Below the pieces are notes generated by a model. The model ran no database searches. It had not been told where the DNA came from and was given only the letters and a program-made list of their open reading frames with translations. A DNA stretch of 58,932 nucleotides from assembly GCA_046759165.1 (NCBI GenBank), contig JBHIBS010000003.1, positions 1-58,932 of the forward strand, given 5' to 3'. Positions 9,121 to 19,496 of the stretch are shown one piece after another (position 1 is the stretch's first letter; each line of letters begins with the position of its first letter). A program made the position numbers and the translations under genes. This stretch comes from a bacterium (GTDB lineage Bacteria > UBA6262 > WVXT01).

Positions 9121-10329
9121 TTATTTCTTCATTTCCGAAGTCAAAATAATCGCTTCGGCTATTTCACGCATTGACCTTCGCATATCCATACTCTTGCGAT
9201 GAATGGTCCTATATGCTTCGTCTTCCCCCATCCCGGTTTCTTTCATTAAAATGCCTTTAGCTCTTTCGACTAATTTCCTCACCTCTAAAGCCTCTCGGGC
9301 AGCCAAAATTTCTTCCATTAGTTTTGTATTCTCAATAGCTACTGCGGCTTGGTTAGCTACAGATTGTAAGATGTTTATCTCATCTTCAGTAAATTTATGT
9401 TCATTAGCAGTATAACTGTTAATCACTCCAACTACTTTATTCTTTACCATCATTGGGACAGCAAGCATCGAACAAATCCCTTCTTTCCTTGCTATTTGAG
9501 GATATTTGTAGCCGGGTTCTTCTGTCACATCTAAAACAGTAATTGGTTTTTTCTCTTTGACTGCTTTGCCACTGATACTCTCACCTACTCTTAACGGTGG
9601 TTTCTTAATATATTCCTCACTTAAACTTTGTGTCGCTTCAATAGTCAATTCCTGTTTCTTTTCATTTAAAAACATTATCGAACATATTTTCGAGTTCATC
9701 ATTTCAGCAGTCATGGTAACGATTAATTGAAGAATCTCTTTTAAATACCGGTTTGAAGCAATTGTCTTACTTACCTGAGCAAGAGTCTCCAACTGCATGG
9801 CTCTTTTTTTCGTTTCCTCATAAAGTCGAGCATTTTCAATTGCTCCACCAACCTGTTGAGCAATAGTAGAAAGAAGAGCTATCTCATCACGGCTATGCTG
9901 GTGAGCTTGCTTATGCTGTACATTGATTACCCCAATAACTTCGTTTTTGCTGATAATGGGAACTGAGAGAAAAGCCTGGTATTTATCTTCAGGGAGGTTG
10001 TGGAAAAATTTGAATCGCGGATCATCACTCGCATTCTTAGATATCGCCACCGACTTTTTCTCTTTCGCTACCCAACCAGTAATTCCTTCACCTAATTTAA
10101 GTCTTATTTTACCTAATATTTTCGGATGAGGATTCTTAGATGCCCGCAAGATTAGTTCTTCCTTCCTATCATCGAAAAGATATAATAGACAAGCGTCTCC
10201 TTCTGTAATCTGTATAACTATTTCAACGCTTCGTTTTAATACTTCTTCCAGATTCAACGTACAACTTATGGTTTCGGTAATCCTTCGTAATATCTGTATT
10301 TCCTCTTCTGGTTTTAATCTAAACTTCAT
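9121..10329 (-). CDS. GAF-GAF-ANTAR RNA-binding regulator
   Basis: Two GAF repeats (GEGITGWVA...LSVPI...VIGVINV) and C-terminal ANTAR (RKLVERAKGILM...EDEAYRTIHRKSMDMRRSMREIAEAII). Confidence 0.92.
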   Translation of the reverse strand: MKFRLKPEEEIQILRRITETISCTLNLEEVLKRSVEIVIQITEGDACLLYLFDDRKEELILRASKNPHPKILGKIRLKLGEGITGWVAKEKKSVAISKNASDDPRFKFFHNLPEDKYQAFLSVPIISKNEVIGVINVQHKQAHQHSRDEIALLSTIAQQVGGAIENARLYEETKKRAMQLETLAQVSKTIASNRYLKEILQLIVTMTAEMMNSKICSIMFLNEKKQELTIEATQSLSEEYIKKPPLRVGESISGKAVKEKKPITVLDVTEEPGYKYPQIARKEGICSMLAVPMMVKNKVVGVINSYTANEHKFTEDEINILQSVANQAAVAIENTKLMEEILAAREALEVRKLVERAKGILMKETGMGEDEAYRTIHRKSMDMRRSMREIAEAIILTSEMKK

Positions 10330-10355
10330 TTTATCAAACCTTATATTTCTATCTT

Positions 10356-10371
10356 AGAACGTCATTGTTCT
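10356..10371 (-). promoter_or_regulatory. Isolated ANTAR-type hairpin
   Basis: RNA AGAAC-AAUGAC-GUUCU, 26 nt before the start codon. Confidence 0.55.
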
Positions 10372-10378
10372 TTTAATT

Positions 10379-10464
10379 CTGTTAGAAATTTTAGCAAATA
10401 GTATTTCGCCAGATAAAGATTAATCAAGTTTAATCTAGAAACTTATGAGATTTCTAACGGGGTT
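10379..10464. repeat. GTTAGAAAT...ATTTCTAAC inverted-repeat element
   Basis: Arms at 10381-10389 and 10450-10458 followed by GGGGT; same motif clustered at 38411-38572. Confidence 0.6.
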
Positions 10465-10470
10465 CATTCC

Positions 10471-10542
10471 AAAAAAAATGTCCTCCAGCTATCATTGCCA
10501 GAAGACATCAATGTCGCTTCCAGAAAAACACTTACGATGTGC
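10471..10542 (-). promoter_or_regulatory. ANTAR-type dual-hairpin leader with terminator (autoregulatory)
   Basis: GCAC-AUCGUAA-GUGU (10528-10542), 12-nt linker, GAC-AUUGAU-GUC (10504-10515) overlapping 12-bp terminator AUGUCUUCUGGC/GCUGGAGGACAU plus U tract. Confidence 0.8.
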
Positions 10543-10550
10543 CTCAAGTA

Positions 10551-10579
10551 ATTATACGTAATAAAATTATTTTTGTCAA
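10551..10579 (-). promoter_or_regulatory. Consensus sigma70 promoter
   Basis: TTGACA-17-TATAAT exact. Confidence 0.85.
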
Positions 10580-10749
10580 CTGTTTTTTGACAAGTTTTTC
10601 TACGAAAGAGAAATTTTCAGGGGAGGAGCATATCACTATACCGACCTCTCACCATAATAATGAGAGAAAGATTTAATGCGAGGAGAAGAATTTAGACATG
10701 AATTTCAAAAATTGAGTAAAGTAATTTATCTAAATGATATTATATATTT

Positions 10750-11445
10750 CTAAATACCAGTATCACTTTTTTGACATAAACTATCGATCAAACCTGCTTC
10801 TTCGAAGCCTTTAGCTCTCAATCTGCACGCATCACACTCACCACAAGGTTCTTCTTTCCCCTGATAACAACTCCAGGTAAGTTCTAAAGGCACTTTTAGC
10901 CTTACTGCTTCTTGTACTATCTCTTTCTTTGTCATTCGAATTAAAGGGGTTTTTATCTCTATTTTACCGCCTTCTATTGTCTTTTTTATAGCTACATTAA
11001 TCAGATTCTGATATGTTTCCATATATCTCAGTGTTGTATCTGGATAACCTGGATTATCTATCATATTTGCACCTATATAAATTGCATCTGCGTCTATCAC
11101 CTCGGCAAAACTCAAAGCTACGCCAAGAAAAATTGTATTCCTTGCCGGTACATAAGTCGGTGGGACATCGCTGACTATTTCTTCTATCTCTCTTCCCATA
11201 GGAACTTCTATGTTATCCGTTAAAGCTGAACCTCCTATTTGTCTTAAATCAATCTTAATCTTTTTAAAAATTGCACCAGCTTTCTCAGCTATTCTTCTTG
11301 AAGATTCGACCTCCTTGAGATGCCTCTGTCCGTAGTCAAAACATAATGCATAAGGGACATACCCATCTTCAATCGCCTTGTACAAGCAAGTAGATGAATC
11401 AAGTCCACCGCTTAATAATACTACTGCTTTTTTGTCTTCTTTCAT
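10750..11445 (-). CDS. queC: 7-cyano-7-deazaguanine synthase
   Basis: VLLSGGLDS, YGQRH, TYVPARN, TWSCY...PCGECDACRLR; ORF extends upstream to 11484. Confidence 0.95.
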   Translation of the reverse strand: MKEDKKAVVLLSGGLDSSTCLYKAIEDGYVPYALCFDYGQRHLKEVESSRRIAEKAGAIFKKIKIDLRQIGGSALTDNIEVPMGREIEEIVSDVPPTYVPARNTIFLGVALSFAEVIDADAIYIGANMIDNPGYPDTTLRYMETYQNLINVAIKKTIEGGKIEIKTPLIRMTKKEIVQEAVRLKVPLELTWSCYQGKEEPCGECDACRLRAKGFEEAGLIDSLCQKSDTGI

Positions 11446-11545
11446 TGTCTCCCATTCCATTTTCTTTTTCTTGTAGCCTTCCATTTCCTATGGCCGCAAT
11501 CCGCTATCGGGCGGGTCTTAAATTCTCTGGGAATCTCTTATTAGG

Positions 11546-13156
11546 TCAAATTTTAAGCTGTATATTTTTTTCCCTATTTAGGGAGGCTTTGATAAAATCT
11601 CTGAACAGGGGGTGGGGTTTCCCGGGTCTGGACTTGAATTCGGGGTGGAACTGCACTGCTACAAACCAGGGGTGGCCTTTAAGTTCAACAATTTCTGCCA
11701 GATGTTTTTTCTCATACTCGCCAGTCACCAGGAGCCCCTTTGCTTTCAACCTGGCTCGAAACTTATTGTTCAATTCATACCTGTGTCGATGTCTCTCAAA
11801 CACAAATCCTTTTTTATAGGCACAAAAAGCAAGGGAGCCTTCTTTGATTCTGCATGGATAATTCCCCAGCCTCATCGTTCCGCCTTTTTGAAATATCTTC
11901 TTCTGCTCAGGAAGCAAATCGATAACTGGGTAGGGAGTATGTGGATTGAATTCTGTGCTGTGTGCTCCTTTCATTCCACAGACGCTTTGAGCGAAATCGA
12001 TTACTGCGCACTGCATTCCTAAACAGATACCCAGGAAAGGAACTTTACTCTCCCGAGCAAATCTGCAAACCCTTATTTTCCCGTCGATCCCTCTCTCTCC
12101 AAATCCTCCTGGAACAAGTATTCCATCTACAGTTTCTAATTCTTTCTCCAATTTTGTATCTTCTACGTCAATATATTTTATCCTGACATTTACATTAGTG
12201 GTTAGTCCTCCGTGAACTAATGCTTCCCATATGCTCTTGTAGGCATCTTTTAGCTCGGTGTACTTTCCTGCAATACCAATTATCACATTTTTTCTTAAGC
12301 TTCTTATTTTCTTAAGAATTTCTTTCCATTTAGATAGGTCACTACTCTTTCTCCTAAAACGTAACATTTCCAATAAAATAGTATCGAGGTTTTGTCCTTT
12401 CAGCATTAAGGGGACCTCGTAGATACTGGTGGAGACGTCCCTTTCTTCGACTACTGCTTTTCCTTGAACGTTACAGAATAATGCTATCTTTCTCCTTAAC
12501 TCCTTTGGCAATGGTCTTTCAGTACGGCAAATAATTATTTGAGGCTCAATTCCAATTTCCCTTAACTTGGCTACACTCTGTTGTGTGGGCTTTGTCTTCA
12601 TCTCCTCAGCAGCTCGGATGTAAGGCACCAGGGTCACGTGAATATAACAAACGTTATCTCCTCCTACGTCCTGCTTGAACTGTCTCGCTGCTTCCAGAAA
12701 AGGCAGTCCTTCTATATCGCCTGTGGTTCCGCCAATTTCAGTAATTACTACATCGGAATTTTTCGATAACACCTTGATACGAGACTTAATCTCATCAGTG
12801 ACATGGGGAATGACTTGGACCGTTTTGCCCAAGAAATCTCCTTTCCTTTCTTTACTGATCACTGCGTCGTAGATCACACCACTGGTGATATTATTGGTCT
12901 GTTTCAAATTGATATCCAGAAACCTTTCATAATGGCCCAAATCTAAATCGGTCTCCGCTCCATCTTCGGTTACGAAAACTTCTCCGTGTTGAAAAGGGCT
13001 CATCGTTCCAGGGTCTACATTAAGATAAGGGTCTATCTTCAGGATATTTACTTTCAATCCGCAACTTTTTAATAAACATCCAATAGAGGCTGCGGTTATC
13101 CCTTTACCTAACGAAGAGACTACTCCACCCGTAATGAAAATGTATTTAGTCGCCAT
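11546..13156 (-). CDS. pyrG: CTP synthase
   Basis: [45 protein letters not shown]. Confidence 0.98.
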   Translation of the reverse strand: MATKYIFITGGVVSSLGKGITAASIGCLLKSCGLKVNILKIDPYLNVDPGTMSPFQHGEVFVTEDGAETDLDLGHYERFLDINLKQTNNITSGVIYDAVISKERKGDFLGKTVQVIPHVTDEIKSRIKVLSKNSDVVITEIGGTTGDIEGLPFLEAARQFKQDVGGDNVCYIHVTLVPYIRAAEEMKTKPTQQSVAKLREIGIEPQIIICRTERPLPKELRRKIALFCNVQGKAVVEERDVSTSIYEVPLMLKGQNLDTILLEMLRFRRKSSDLSKWKEILKKIRSLRKNVIIGIAGKYTELKDAYKSIWEALVHGGLTTNVNVRIKYIDVEDTKLEKELETVDGILVPGGFGERGIDGKIRVCRFARESKVPFLGICLGMQCAVIDFAQSVCGMKGAHSTEFNPHTPYPVIDLLPEQKKIFQKGGTMRLGNYPCRIKEGSLAFCAYKKGFVFERHRHRYELNNKFRARLKAKGLLVTGEYEKKHLAEIVELKGHPWFVAVQFHPEFKSRPGKPHPLFRDFIKASLNREKNIQLKI

Positions 13157-13177
13157 TCTAGCTTTCCTTCCTTAGCA

Positions 13178-14608
13178 CTAAAATAACTCTACTTGCTTGC
13201 TCTTTTTACCAGTTTTCTGCTCTAATCTATATTTAGAGACTTCTTCCTCAACTGGAACAGGATAATTTCCATCAAAGCAAGCTGTACAGAACTCTTCTCT
13301 GTCCAGATACATTGAGTTGAGCATTCCTTCCAAGCTTAGATAACCTATACTGTCCAGACCGATATAATCTTTTATCTCCTTCAAGGTATGCGAAGAAGCT
13401 ATCAATTCGCTCTTCGTAGGAAAATCTATCCCATAGAAGCAGGGAAATCTATGAGGAGGGCAACTGACCCTCATATGGACCTCCTTAGCACCAGCATCCC
13501 GAAGAGTCCTCATTCTGGTCCTCGATGTAGTCCCCCGGACAATGGAGTCTTCCACAATTACTATGCGCTTGTCTTTTAAGACTTCTCTCACTGGATTAAG
13601 TTTTACCTTCACACCCAAATCCCGTACATATTGTGAAGGCTCAATAAAGGTTCTCCCTACATAGTGGTTTCTTACCATACCCATTTCAAAGGGAACTCCA
13701 GACTCTTCAGCATAGCCCAAAGCTGCATAGTTTCCAGAATCTGGAATGGGCATAACTAAATCTGCCTTTACCGGACATTCCCTAGCGAGCTGCATGCCTA
13801 ATCTCTTTCTGGCCAGGTAAACACTCTTTCCAAAAATGTTACTATCAGGTCGGGCAAAATAGATAAATTCGAAAATGCAAAAAGAATGTTTTCCACCTGA
13901 AAATGGCTTGACAGAACGGAGCCCATTCTTATCTATAAAAAGTATCTCTCCTGGCTCAATATCTCTAAGGTATTCAGCTTGAATGAGGTCCAGAGCGCAA
14001 GTCTCTGAAGCAACACAATAAGCATTATCGAGCTTGCCCAGACAAAGTGGTCGGAACCCTTTTGGATCTCTTATTGCAATTAATTTATCTTCGGTTAATA
14101 AGACTAAAGAATAGGCTCCTTTTATTTGAGTCAAAGAATCGATTAGCCTCTTCTCCAAATCGGGCTCTTTTGACCTCGCTATGAGGTGAATTACCACTTC
14201 ACTATCCATGGTGGACTGTAAAATAGAGCCCGAACTCTCCAATTCATTTTTCAGGCGAAGAGTATTGACCAGGTTACCATTATGGGCAATGGCAATAGAA
14301 CCTTGGAAGTAGTTAACAAAAAAGGGCTGAACATTTTTAATAGTAGAAGAGCCAGTAGTAGAATACCGAACATGTCCTATTGCAAGGTGCCCGGAAAGTT
14401 TCTCTAGTATCTCACGGCTAAAAACATCAGCTACAAGTCCCATCCCTCTGTGGGCAGCGGTCTGTTTGCCGTCAGAGACAACGATTCCTGCACTCTCCTG
14501 GCCTCGGTGCTGAAGTGCGTAAAGACCTAAATAAGTAAGCCGGGTTGCATCCGTGTGTCCAAAGATACCAAATACTCCACATGCTTCCTTCGGTAATCTC
14601 TTCCACAT
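13178..14608 (-). CDS. purF: Amidophosphoribosyltransferase
   Basis: EACGVFG, LQHRGQESAG, GHVRYST, EDSIVRGTT, PCFYGID. Confidence 0.97.
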   Translation of the reverse strand: MWKRLPKEACGVFGIFGHTDATRLTYLGLYALQHRGQESAGIVVSDGKQTAAHRGMGLVADVFSREILEKLSGHLAIGHVRYSTTGSSTIKNVQPFFVNYFQGSIAIAHNGNLVNTLRLKNELESSGSILQSTMDSEVVIHLIARSKEPDLEKRLIDSLTQIKGAYSLVLLTEDKLIAIRDPKGFRPLCLGKLDNAYCVASETCALDLIQAEYLRDIEPGEILFIDKNGLRSVKPFSGGKHSFCIFEFIYFARPDSNIFGKSVYLARKRLGMQLARECPVKADLVMPIPDSGNYAALGYAEESGVPFEMGMVRNHYVGRTFIEPSQYVRDLGVKVKLNPVREVLKDKRIVIVEDSIVRGTTSRTRMRTLRDAGAKEVHMRVSCPPHRFPCFYGIDFPTKSELIASSHTLKEIKDYIGLDSIGYLSLEGMLNSMYLDREEFCTACFDGNYPVPVEEEVSKYRLEQKTGKKSKQVELF

Positions 14609-14665
14609 TACCGTATCCCTCTCTTAAATCAGCAAAAAGGAGTGAACTCAATCAAGCAATCAGTC

Positions 14666-14712
14666 AAACAAAAAAGCCCTCCAGCCACTTTTGCCAGAAG
14701 ACCCATTGAATT
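14666..14712 (-). terminator. Leader terminator upstream of purF, homologous to the ANTAR leader terminators
   Basis: GGUCUUCUGGC-AAAAGUG-GCUGGAGGGCU-UUUUUGUUU; the overlapping hairpin is degenerate (CAAUGG loop, broken stem). Confidence 0.7.
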
Positions 14713-14792
14713 TTGTAGAATGCTTTGCTGTATTTGATTCATATTTTACCTATTCTTTCCCTCTTTTGTCCAGAAATTTTTAGAGAGCTCTT

Positions 14793-15551
14793 TTAGGTTC
14801 TTACACTGATTTCTTTAGCAAAGAGATAATCTTTTACTTCTTTTATTCTATATTCTCCGTAGTGAAAGATAGAGGCAGCCAGAGCTGCATCAGCTTTTCC
14901 TTCGGTAAAAACTTCATAGAAATGCTCAAGCTTTCCTGCTCCACCAGAGGCAATCACTGGAATGCTCACCGATTCTGAAACAAGACGAGTCAACTCAATA
15001 TCGTATCCAGCCTTAGTTCCATCTGCATCCATACTAGTGAGAAGGATTTCTCCAGCGCCCATGCTTTCTACCTTTTTTGCCCATTCTATGGTATCCCTAC
15101 CAGTAGGAGTTCTACCTCCATCAATATAGACTTCCCACTTCCCTTCTGTTTTCCTTTTAGCATCTATTGCTACAACAATACATTGACTTCCGAACCTTTC
15201 CGAAGCATCTCTAATCAAGAGAGGATTTTTTACTGCTGCTGTATTTATGGAAACTTTATCAGCGCCAGATTTAAGTAGCACATTGATATCTTTTATTCCG
15301 CCGATACCTCCCCCGACTGTAAAAGGAATAAAGACTTCTTCGGCAGTCTTCTTAACCACTTCTACTGTGGTTTTGCGTCCTTCGACAGTGGCCGTAATAT
15401 CTAAAAAGACAAGCTCATCGGCTCCCTCTCCACTGTAAAAGGCGCCGATTTCCACTGGGTCTCCCGCATCTTTCAAATTTACAAAGTGAACCCCCTTTAC
15501 CACGCGTCCGTTCTTTACATCTAAACAAGGGATAATCCTTTTGGTTAACAC
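14793..15551 (-). CDS. hisF: Imidazole glycerol phosphate synthase cyclase subunit
   Basis: [40 protein letters not shown]. Confidence 0.97.
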   Translation of the reverse strand: MLTKRIIPCLDVKNGRVVKGVHFVNLKDAGDPVEIGAFYSGEGADELVFLDITATVEGRKTTVEVVKKTAEEVFIPFTVGGGIGGIKDINVLLKSGADKVSINTAAVKNPLLIRDASERFGSQCIVVAIDAKRKTEGKWEVYIDGGRTPTGRDTIEWAKKVESMGAGEILLTSMDADGTKAGYDIELTRLVSESVSIPVIASGGAGKLEHFYEVFTEGKADAALAASIFHYGEYRIKEVKDYLFAKEISVRT

Positions 15552-15571
15552 AGTAAATTTTCCTCCATGGT

Positions 15572-16177
15572 TTAAGCTAAATTACAAAAATTTCTCAAAA
15601 TTTTCAATCCTTTCTCCCCGCTCTTCTCAGGGTGAAACTGCATCCCATAAATATTGTCTTTTTCAACCATCGACATAAATTCTTCTCCGTATTCGGTTAT
15701 TGTAGCAACCACCCCTCTATCTTCTGGCTCAACATAATAAGAATGGGCGAAATACACAAAGCATGGAAAATCCAAATTTGAAAGCAAAGTCACCTCGCCT
15801 TTTGGTTTTAGCTCGTTCCACCCCATGTGGGGTACTTTCATTTTATTTTTAAAACGTTTTACTTTCCCCTTTAAAATGTCTAACCCTCTTGGAGCACCGC
15901 CTTCTTCGCTTTCGCTGAATAGTAGTTGGAATCCGAGACAGATACCCAGAAGAGGTCTACCTCTTTCAACAAATTCATAAATAGCAGGAATGAGATCGAG
16001 CCTTTTGAGATTCTCCATAGCCTGAGAGAAAGCACCCACGCCGGGTAGAACAATACCATCAGCATTACGAATCCCCTTTTTCTCAGAACTTATTTTAACT
16101 CTTATTCCTACCTTTTCCAGTGCTTTGCTAACACTTCGTAAATTTCCCATGCCATAGTCAATTACAACTACGAACAA
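15572..16177 (-). CDS. hisH: Imidazole glycerol phosphate synthase glutaminase subunit
   Basis: [37 protein letters not shown]. Confidence 0.96.
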   Translation of the reverse strand: MFVVVIDYGMGNLRSVSKALEKVGIRVKISSEKKGIRNADGIVLPGVGAFSQAMENLKRLDLIPAIYEFVERGRPLLGICLGFQLLFSESEEGGAPRGLDILKGKVKRFKNKMKVPHMGWNELKPKGEVTLLSNLDFPCFVYFAHSYYVEPEDRGVVATITEYGEEFMSMVEKDNIYGMQFHPEKSGEKGLKILRNFCNLA

Positions 16178-16206
16178 ATAGTTCCTCCTTTATTGGCCAC
16201 TCACAA

Positions 16207-16235
16207 ATTATACTTATAATTTGACCGGAGAGCAA
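16207..16235 (-). promoter_or_regulatory. Sigma70-type promoter candidate for hisH-hisF
   Basis: TTGCTC-17-TATAAT, with AAGGAGG RBS downstream. Confidence 0.5.
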
Positions 16236-16339
16236 GAGAATTAGTGGAAGCAATATTTATCACCGATAGGATTTACTCAGTATTTTGGGCGAGAAAATAG
16301 ACAAGACGATAGTCTTAAAGATGGAATGTACTAAGTTTC

Positions 16340-18547
16340 CTAAGCTGAAATCAGTGACTGCAATGAGTTTGCCCATTTTTCGGATATTTTTCTAATAGGT
16401 AAATTGATTAATTCTCTTCGGCCATTCAATATGTTGAATTCTTTGCCACCGGTTCGACCAATTATTTGAAAAGGTACACTATTTCTTCCGGCTATATCTC
16501 TAATTTCATTGATGAATTCATTCCTACAAGAAAGAATAATTCTTGATTGAGATTCACCAAACAGTAACGCATCTCTTCTTATATCAAAAATTAGACTATC
16601 GATAACGGCCCCTATCATATTTTCCTTATTGGAAACACAACATTCAGCTAATGCAACTGCCAACCCACCTTCAGAACAATCGTGTGCTGAACTAGTCAAT
16701 CCCCTTCTTATTGCTTCTAATGCTGTCTGCTGAACCGCCTGTTCCAATTGCAAATCTAAATCTGGAGCATCGCCTTTTATTAACTTACGAACTTCTTTTA
16801 AATACTCACTGCCTCCCAATTCTTCCTTGCAAGTTCCTAAAAGAACGATTATCTCTTTCTCTTTCTTAAAATATTGTGTACAGATTTTTCTGACATCATC
16901 AATAATTCCAATCATACCAATTGTAGGAGTAGGATAAATTGCTCTTTTAGGGCTCTCATTATAAAAGGAGACATTGCCGCTAACTACAGGTATTTTAAGA
17001 AAGTTACAGGCATGAGCAATTCCTTCCACACAATTTTTAAATTGCCAAAACCTATCTGGTTTTTCAGGATTGCCAAAATTAAGACAATCTGTAAGGGCTG
17101 CCGGCTCCGCACCTGAACATACTAAATTTCTTGCCGCCTCTGCAACTGCAATTTGAGCACCTCTGTAGGGATTTAAGTAACAATAACGGCTATTGCAATC
17201 AGTAGTGGCAGCAATGGCTTTATCTGTTCCCTTTAACCCGAGTACAGCTCCATCCGAACCAGGTAAAACTATGGTATTAGTCTGAACCATATGATCATAC
17301 TGTTCATAAACCCATTCTTTACTTGAGATAGAAGGAGAACATAAAAGTTTAAGCAAAACCTCGTTATAATCTTTGGGCTCAGGTATTGTGTTCATATTCA
17401 ATTTATTCAACTTATCTAAATAGTCTGGCTTCTTATACGGCATATCATAAACAGGAGCTTTAGTTAATGCATGAGCTCCTATCTCAGCCACTACTTTACC
17501 TTTATCTTTAATCTGAACAATCCCGTTCTCAGTAACTCTACCAATAACCACAGCATTCAAATCCCACTTGGCAAATATCTTTTTTACTTCTTCCTCTCGT
17601 CCTTTCTTAACACAGACAAGCATTCTTTCTTGAGATTCAGACATCATCACTTCCCAAGGTTCCATGTTGGCTTCTCTTTTGGGAACAAGCTCCAATTCTA
17701 TCTCCACTCCTGAGTCACCAGCTGAAGCCATCTCACTCGTGGAACAGGTAAGACCTGCTGCCCCCATATCCTTAATTCCTACAATATCGCCTGTGGCTAA
17801 AGTTTCTAATGTAGCTTCAATTAAACATTTTTCAGTGAAAGGGTCTCCAATTTGAACTGTCGGTCTTTTCTCCTCATCTTCTTTAAATTCATGTGAAGCT
17901 AAAACACTACAACCTCCAATGCCATCTCTTCCAGTACTTGCTCCCACATACATAATGGAATTGCTCACTCCAGAAACCCGGGCCCTAGCTAATTTATCCT
18001 TCTTGGCGATGCCAATACTCATGGCATTAACTAAACAATTGCCGCTATAGCTTTCGTCAAAATATATGTCACCACCCACAGTTGGTACCCCCAAACAATT
18101 TCCATAGAATTGGATTCCATCTACTACGCCTGTCAAAAGATACCTATTATACGGATCATGTAAAGGTCCAAAACGTAAAGAATTCAACGATGCTATTGGT
18201 CTTGCTCCAGTGGTAAAAATGTCTCTAATGATGCCTCCCACTCCAGTAGCAGCACCTTGTTTCGGCTCTACCTGCGAAGGATGGTTGTGGCTCTCCATCT
18301 TAAAAATAATGGCTAAATCATCAATAATAATTCCTCCTGAATCCTCGGCTATTAAAGCTGGGGATTTGCCTTTCTTGGGTAAAAGTTTAAGCCAGCTACG
18401 AGAACGTGGATATCCGCAGTGCTCAGACCACTCAATAGAAAACATCGCCAATTCTGTAGGCGTTGGCTCCCGCTTCAAAATGTCTATAATCCTTTGATAT
18501 TCCTTATCGCTTAGACCTAATGATCGATAAACTTCTGGTTTTGCCAT
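16340..18547 (-). CDS. purL: FGAM synthase subunit PurL
   Basis: WSEHC, KMESHNHPS, GRDGIGG, DMGAAGL, SESQERM, DCLNFGNPE; ORF extends upstream to 18574. Confidence 0.96.
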   Translation of the reverse strand: MAKPEVYRSLGLSDKEYQRIIDILKREPTPTELAMFSIEWSEHCGYPRSRSWLKLLPKKGKSPALIAEDSGGIIIDDLAIIFKMESHNHPSQVEPKQGAATGVGGIIRDIFTTGARPIASLNSLRFGPLHDPYNRYLLTGVVDGIQFYGNCLGVPTVGGDIYFDESYSGNCLVNAMSIGIAKKDKLARARVSGVSNSIMYVGASTGRDGIGGCSVLASHEFKEDEEKRPTVQIGDPFTEKCLIEATLETLATGDIVGIKDMGAAGLTCSTSEMASAGDSGVEIELELVPKREANMEPWEVMMSESQERMLVCVKKGREEEVKKIFAKWDLNAVVIGRVTENGIVQIKDKGKVVAEIGAHALTKAPVYDMPYKKPDYLDKLNKLNMNTIPEPKDYNEVLLKLLCSPSISSKEWVYEQYDHMVQTNTIVLPGSDGAVLGLKGTDKAIAATTDCNSRYCYLNPYRGAQIAVAEAARNLVCSGAEPAALTDCLNFGNPEKPDRFWQFKNCVEGIAHACNFLKIPVVSGNVSFYNESPKRAIYPTPTIGMIGIIDDVRKICTQYFKKEKEIIVLLGTCKEELGGSEYLKEVRKLIKGDAPDLDLQLEQAVQQTALEAIRRGLTSSAHDCSEGGLAVALAECCVSNKENMIGAVIDSLIFDIRRDALLFGESQSRIILSCRNEFINEIRDIAGRNSVPFQIIGRTGGKEFNILNGRRELINLPIRKISEKWANSLQSLISA

Positions 18548-18548
18548 C

Positions 18549-19244
18549 TTATCTACTCTCCAACCATTTGACAATCGACTTGAAAATTAAAAGTCCATCT
18601 TTTGAGCCAAGTGCTTCCTCAGAACTCCTCTCAGGGTGGGGCATCATTCCTAATATATTTCTTCCCTCATTTATAATTCCAGCAATATTGTCTAATGCTC
18701 CATTCGGATTAAATTCGCTCGTAGTGTTGGCTTCCTTATTACAATAACGAAATACAATCTGTTTATTTCTCTTAATCTGTTTAAGTCCTTTTTCATCAAT
18801 ATAGTAGTTACCCTCATTATGGGCTATTGGTATTTTTAAAATTTGATTCTTTTGACAAAGATTTGTAAAAGGTGTCTCATTATTTTCTGCCTTTATATAC
18901 ACATACTTACAGATAAAATGGAGATTTTTATTCCTCAACATCGCACCAGGCAAAAGTGCTGTCTCTAGCAGGATTTGGAAACCATTGCAGATTCCAATTA
19001 CTGCTTTTCCCTTCCTGGCAAATTCAGAAATTCGCTTCATTATGGGAGAAAATCTGGCTATTGCTCCGGTTCTTAGATAATCTCCATAACTAAAACCTCC
19101 CGGTAATACAATACAATCAAAGTTGTCCAATTTTGTATCCTTATGCCAGATATATTTAACCGGTTGATTCAGAATGTCCTCAATTACATAAAAACAATCC
19201 TGGTCGCAGTTAGAACCAGGGAAGACAACTACACCAAATCTCAT
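18549..19244 (-). CDS. purQ: FGAM synthase glutaminase subunit PurQ
   Basis: [33 protein letters not shown]. Confidence 0.96.
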   Translation of the reverse strand: MRFGVVVFPGSNCDQDCFYVIEDILNQPVKYIWHKDTKLDNFDCIVLPGGFSYGDYLRTGAIARFSPIMKRISEFARKGKAVIGICNGFQILLETALLPGAMLRNKNLHFICKYVYIKAENNETPFTNLCQKNQILKIPIAHNEGNYYIDEKGLKQIKRNKQIVFRYCNKEANTTSEFNPNGALDNIAGIINEGRNILGMMPHPERSSEEALGSKDGLLIFKSIVKWLESR

Positions 19245-19493
19245 CTACACCTCTTCTATCTTAAAGCTATAATCTTCTATGATAGGATTGGCTAATAACT
19301 TGTGACACATTTGGTTAACTTTTGTTTCAGTCTCTCTTTTATCTTTTAGATTTAATTTTATAGTAATTAACTTCCCCACACGAACCTCTTCTACTTCCTT
19401 ATAATTTAGAGAATCCAAAGCACGTTTAATAGTTAAGCCTTGAGGATCAGACACTGTCTTTTTTAGAGTGATATAGATTTCTGCTTTTACCAT
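19245..19493 (-). CDS. purS: FGAM synthase subunit PurS
   Basis: DPQG and LLANPIIEDY motifs. Confidence 0.95.
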   Translation of the reverse strand: MVKAEIYITLKKTVSDPQGLTIKRALDSLNYKEVEEVRVGKLITIKLNLKDKRETETKVNQMCHKLLANPIIEDYSFKIEEV

Positions 19494-19496
19494 TCT

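Noticed and set aside
11446-11545. preQ1 riboswitch or ANTAR hairpin before queC
   Set aside because: No matching stem-loop or consensus recognised
16178-16339. ANTAR leader for hisH-hisF
   Set aside because: Promoter lies about 30 nt from the start with no hexaloop hairpin or terminator, so hisFH is clustered but apparently not attenuated
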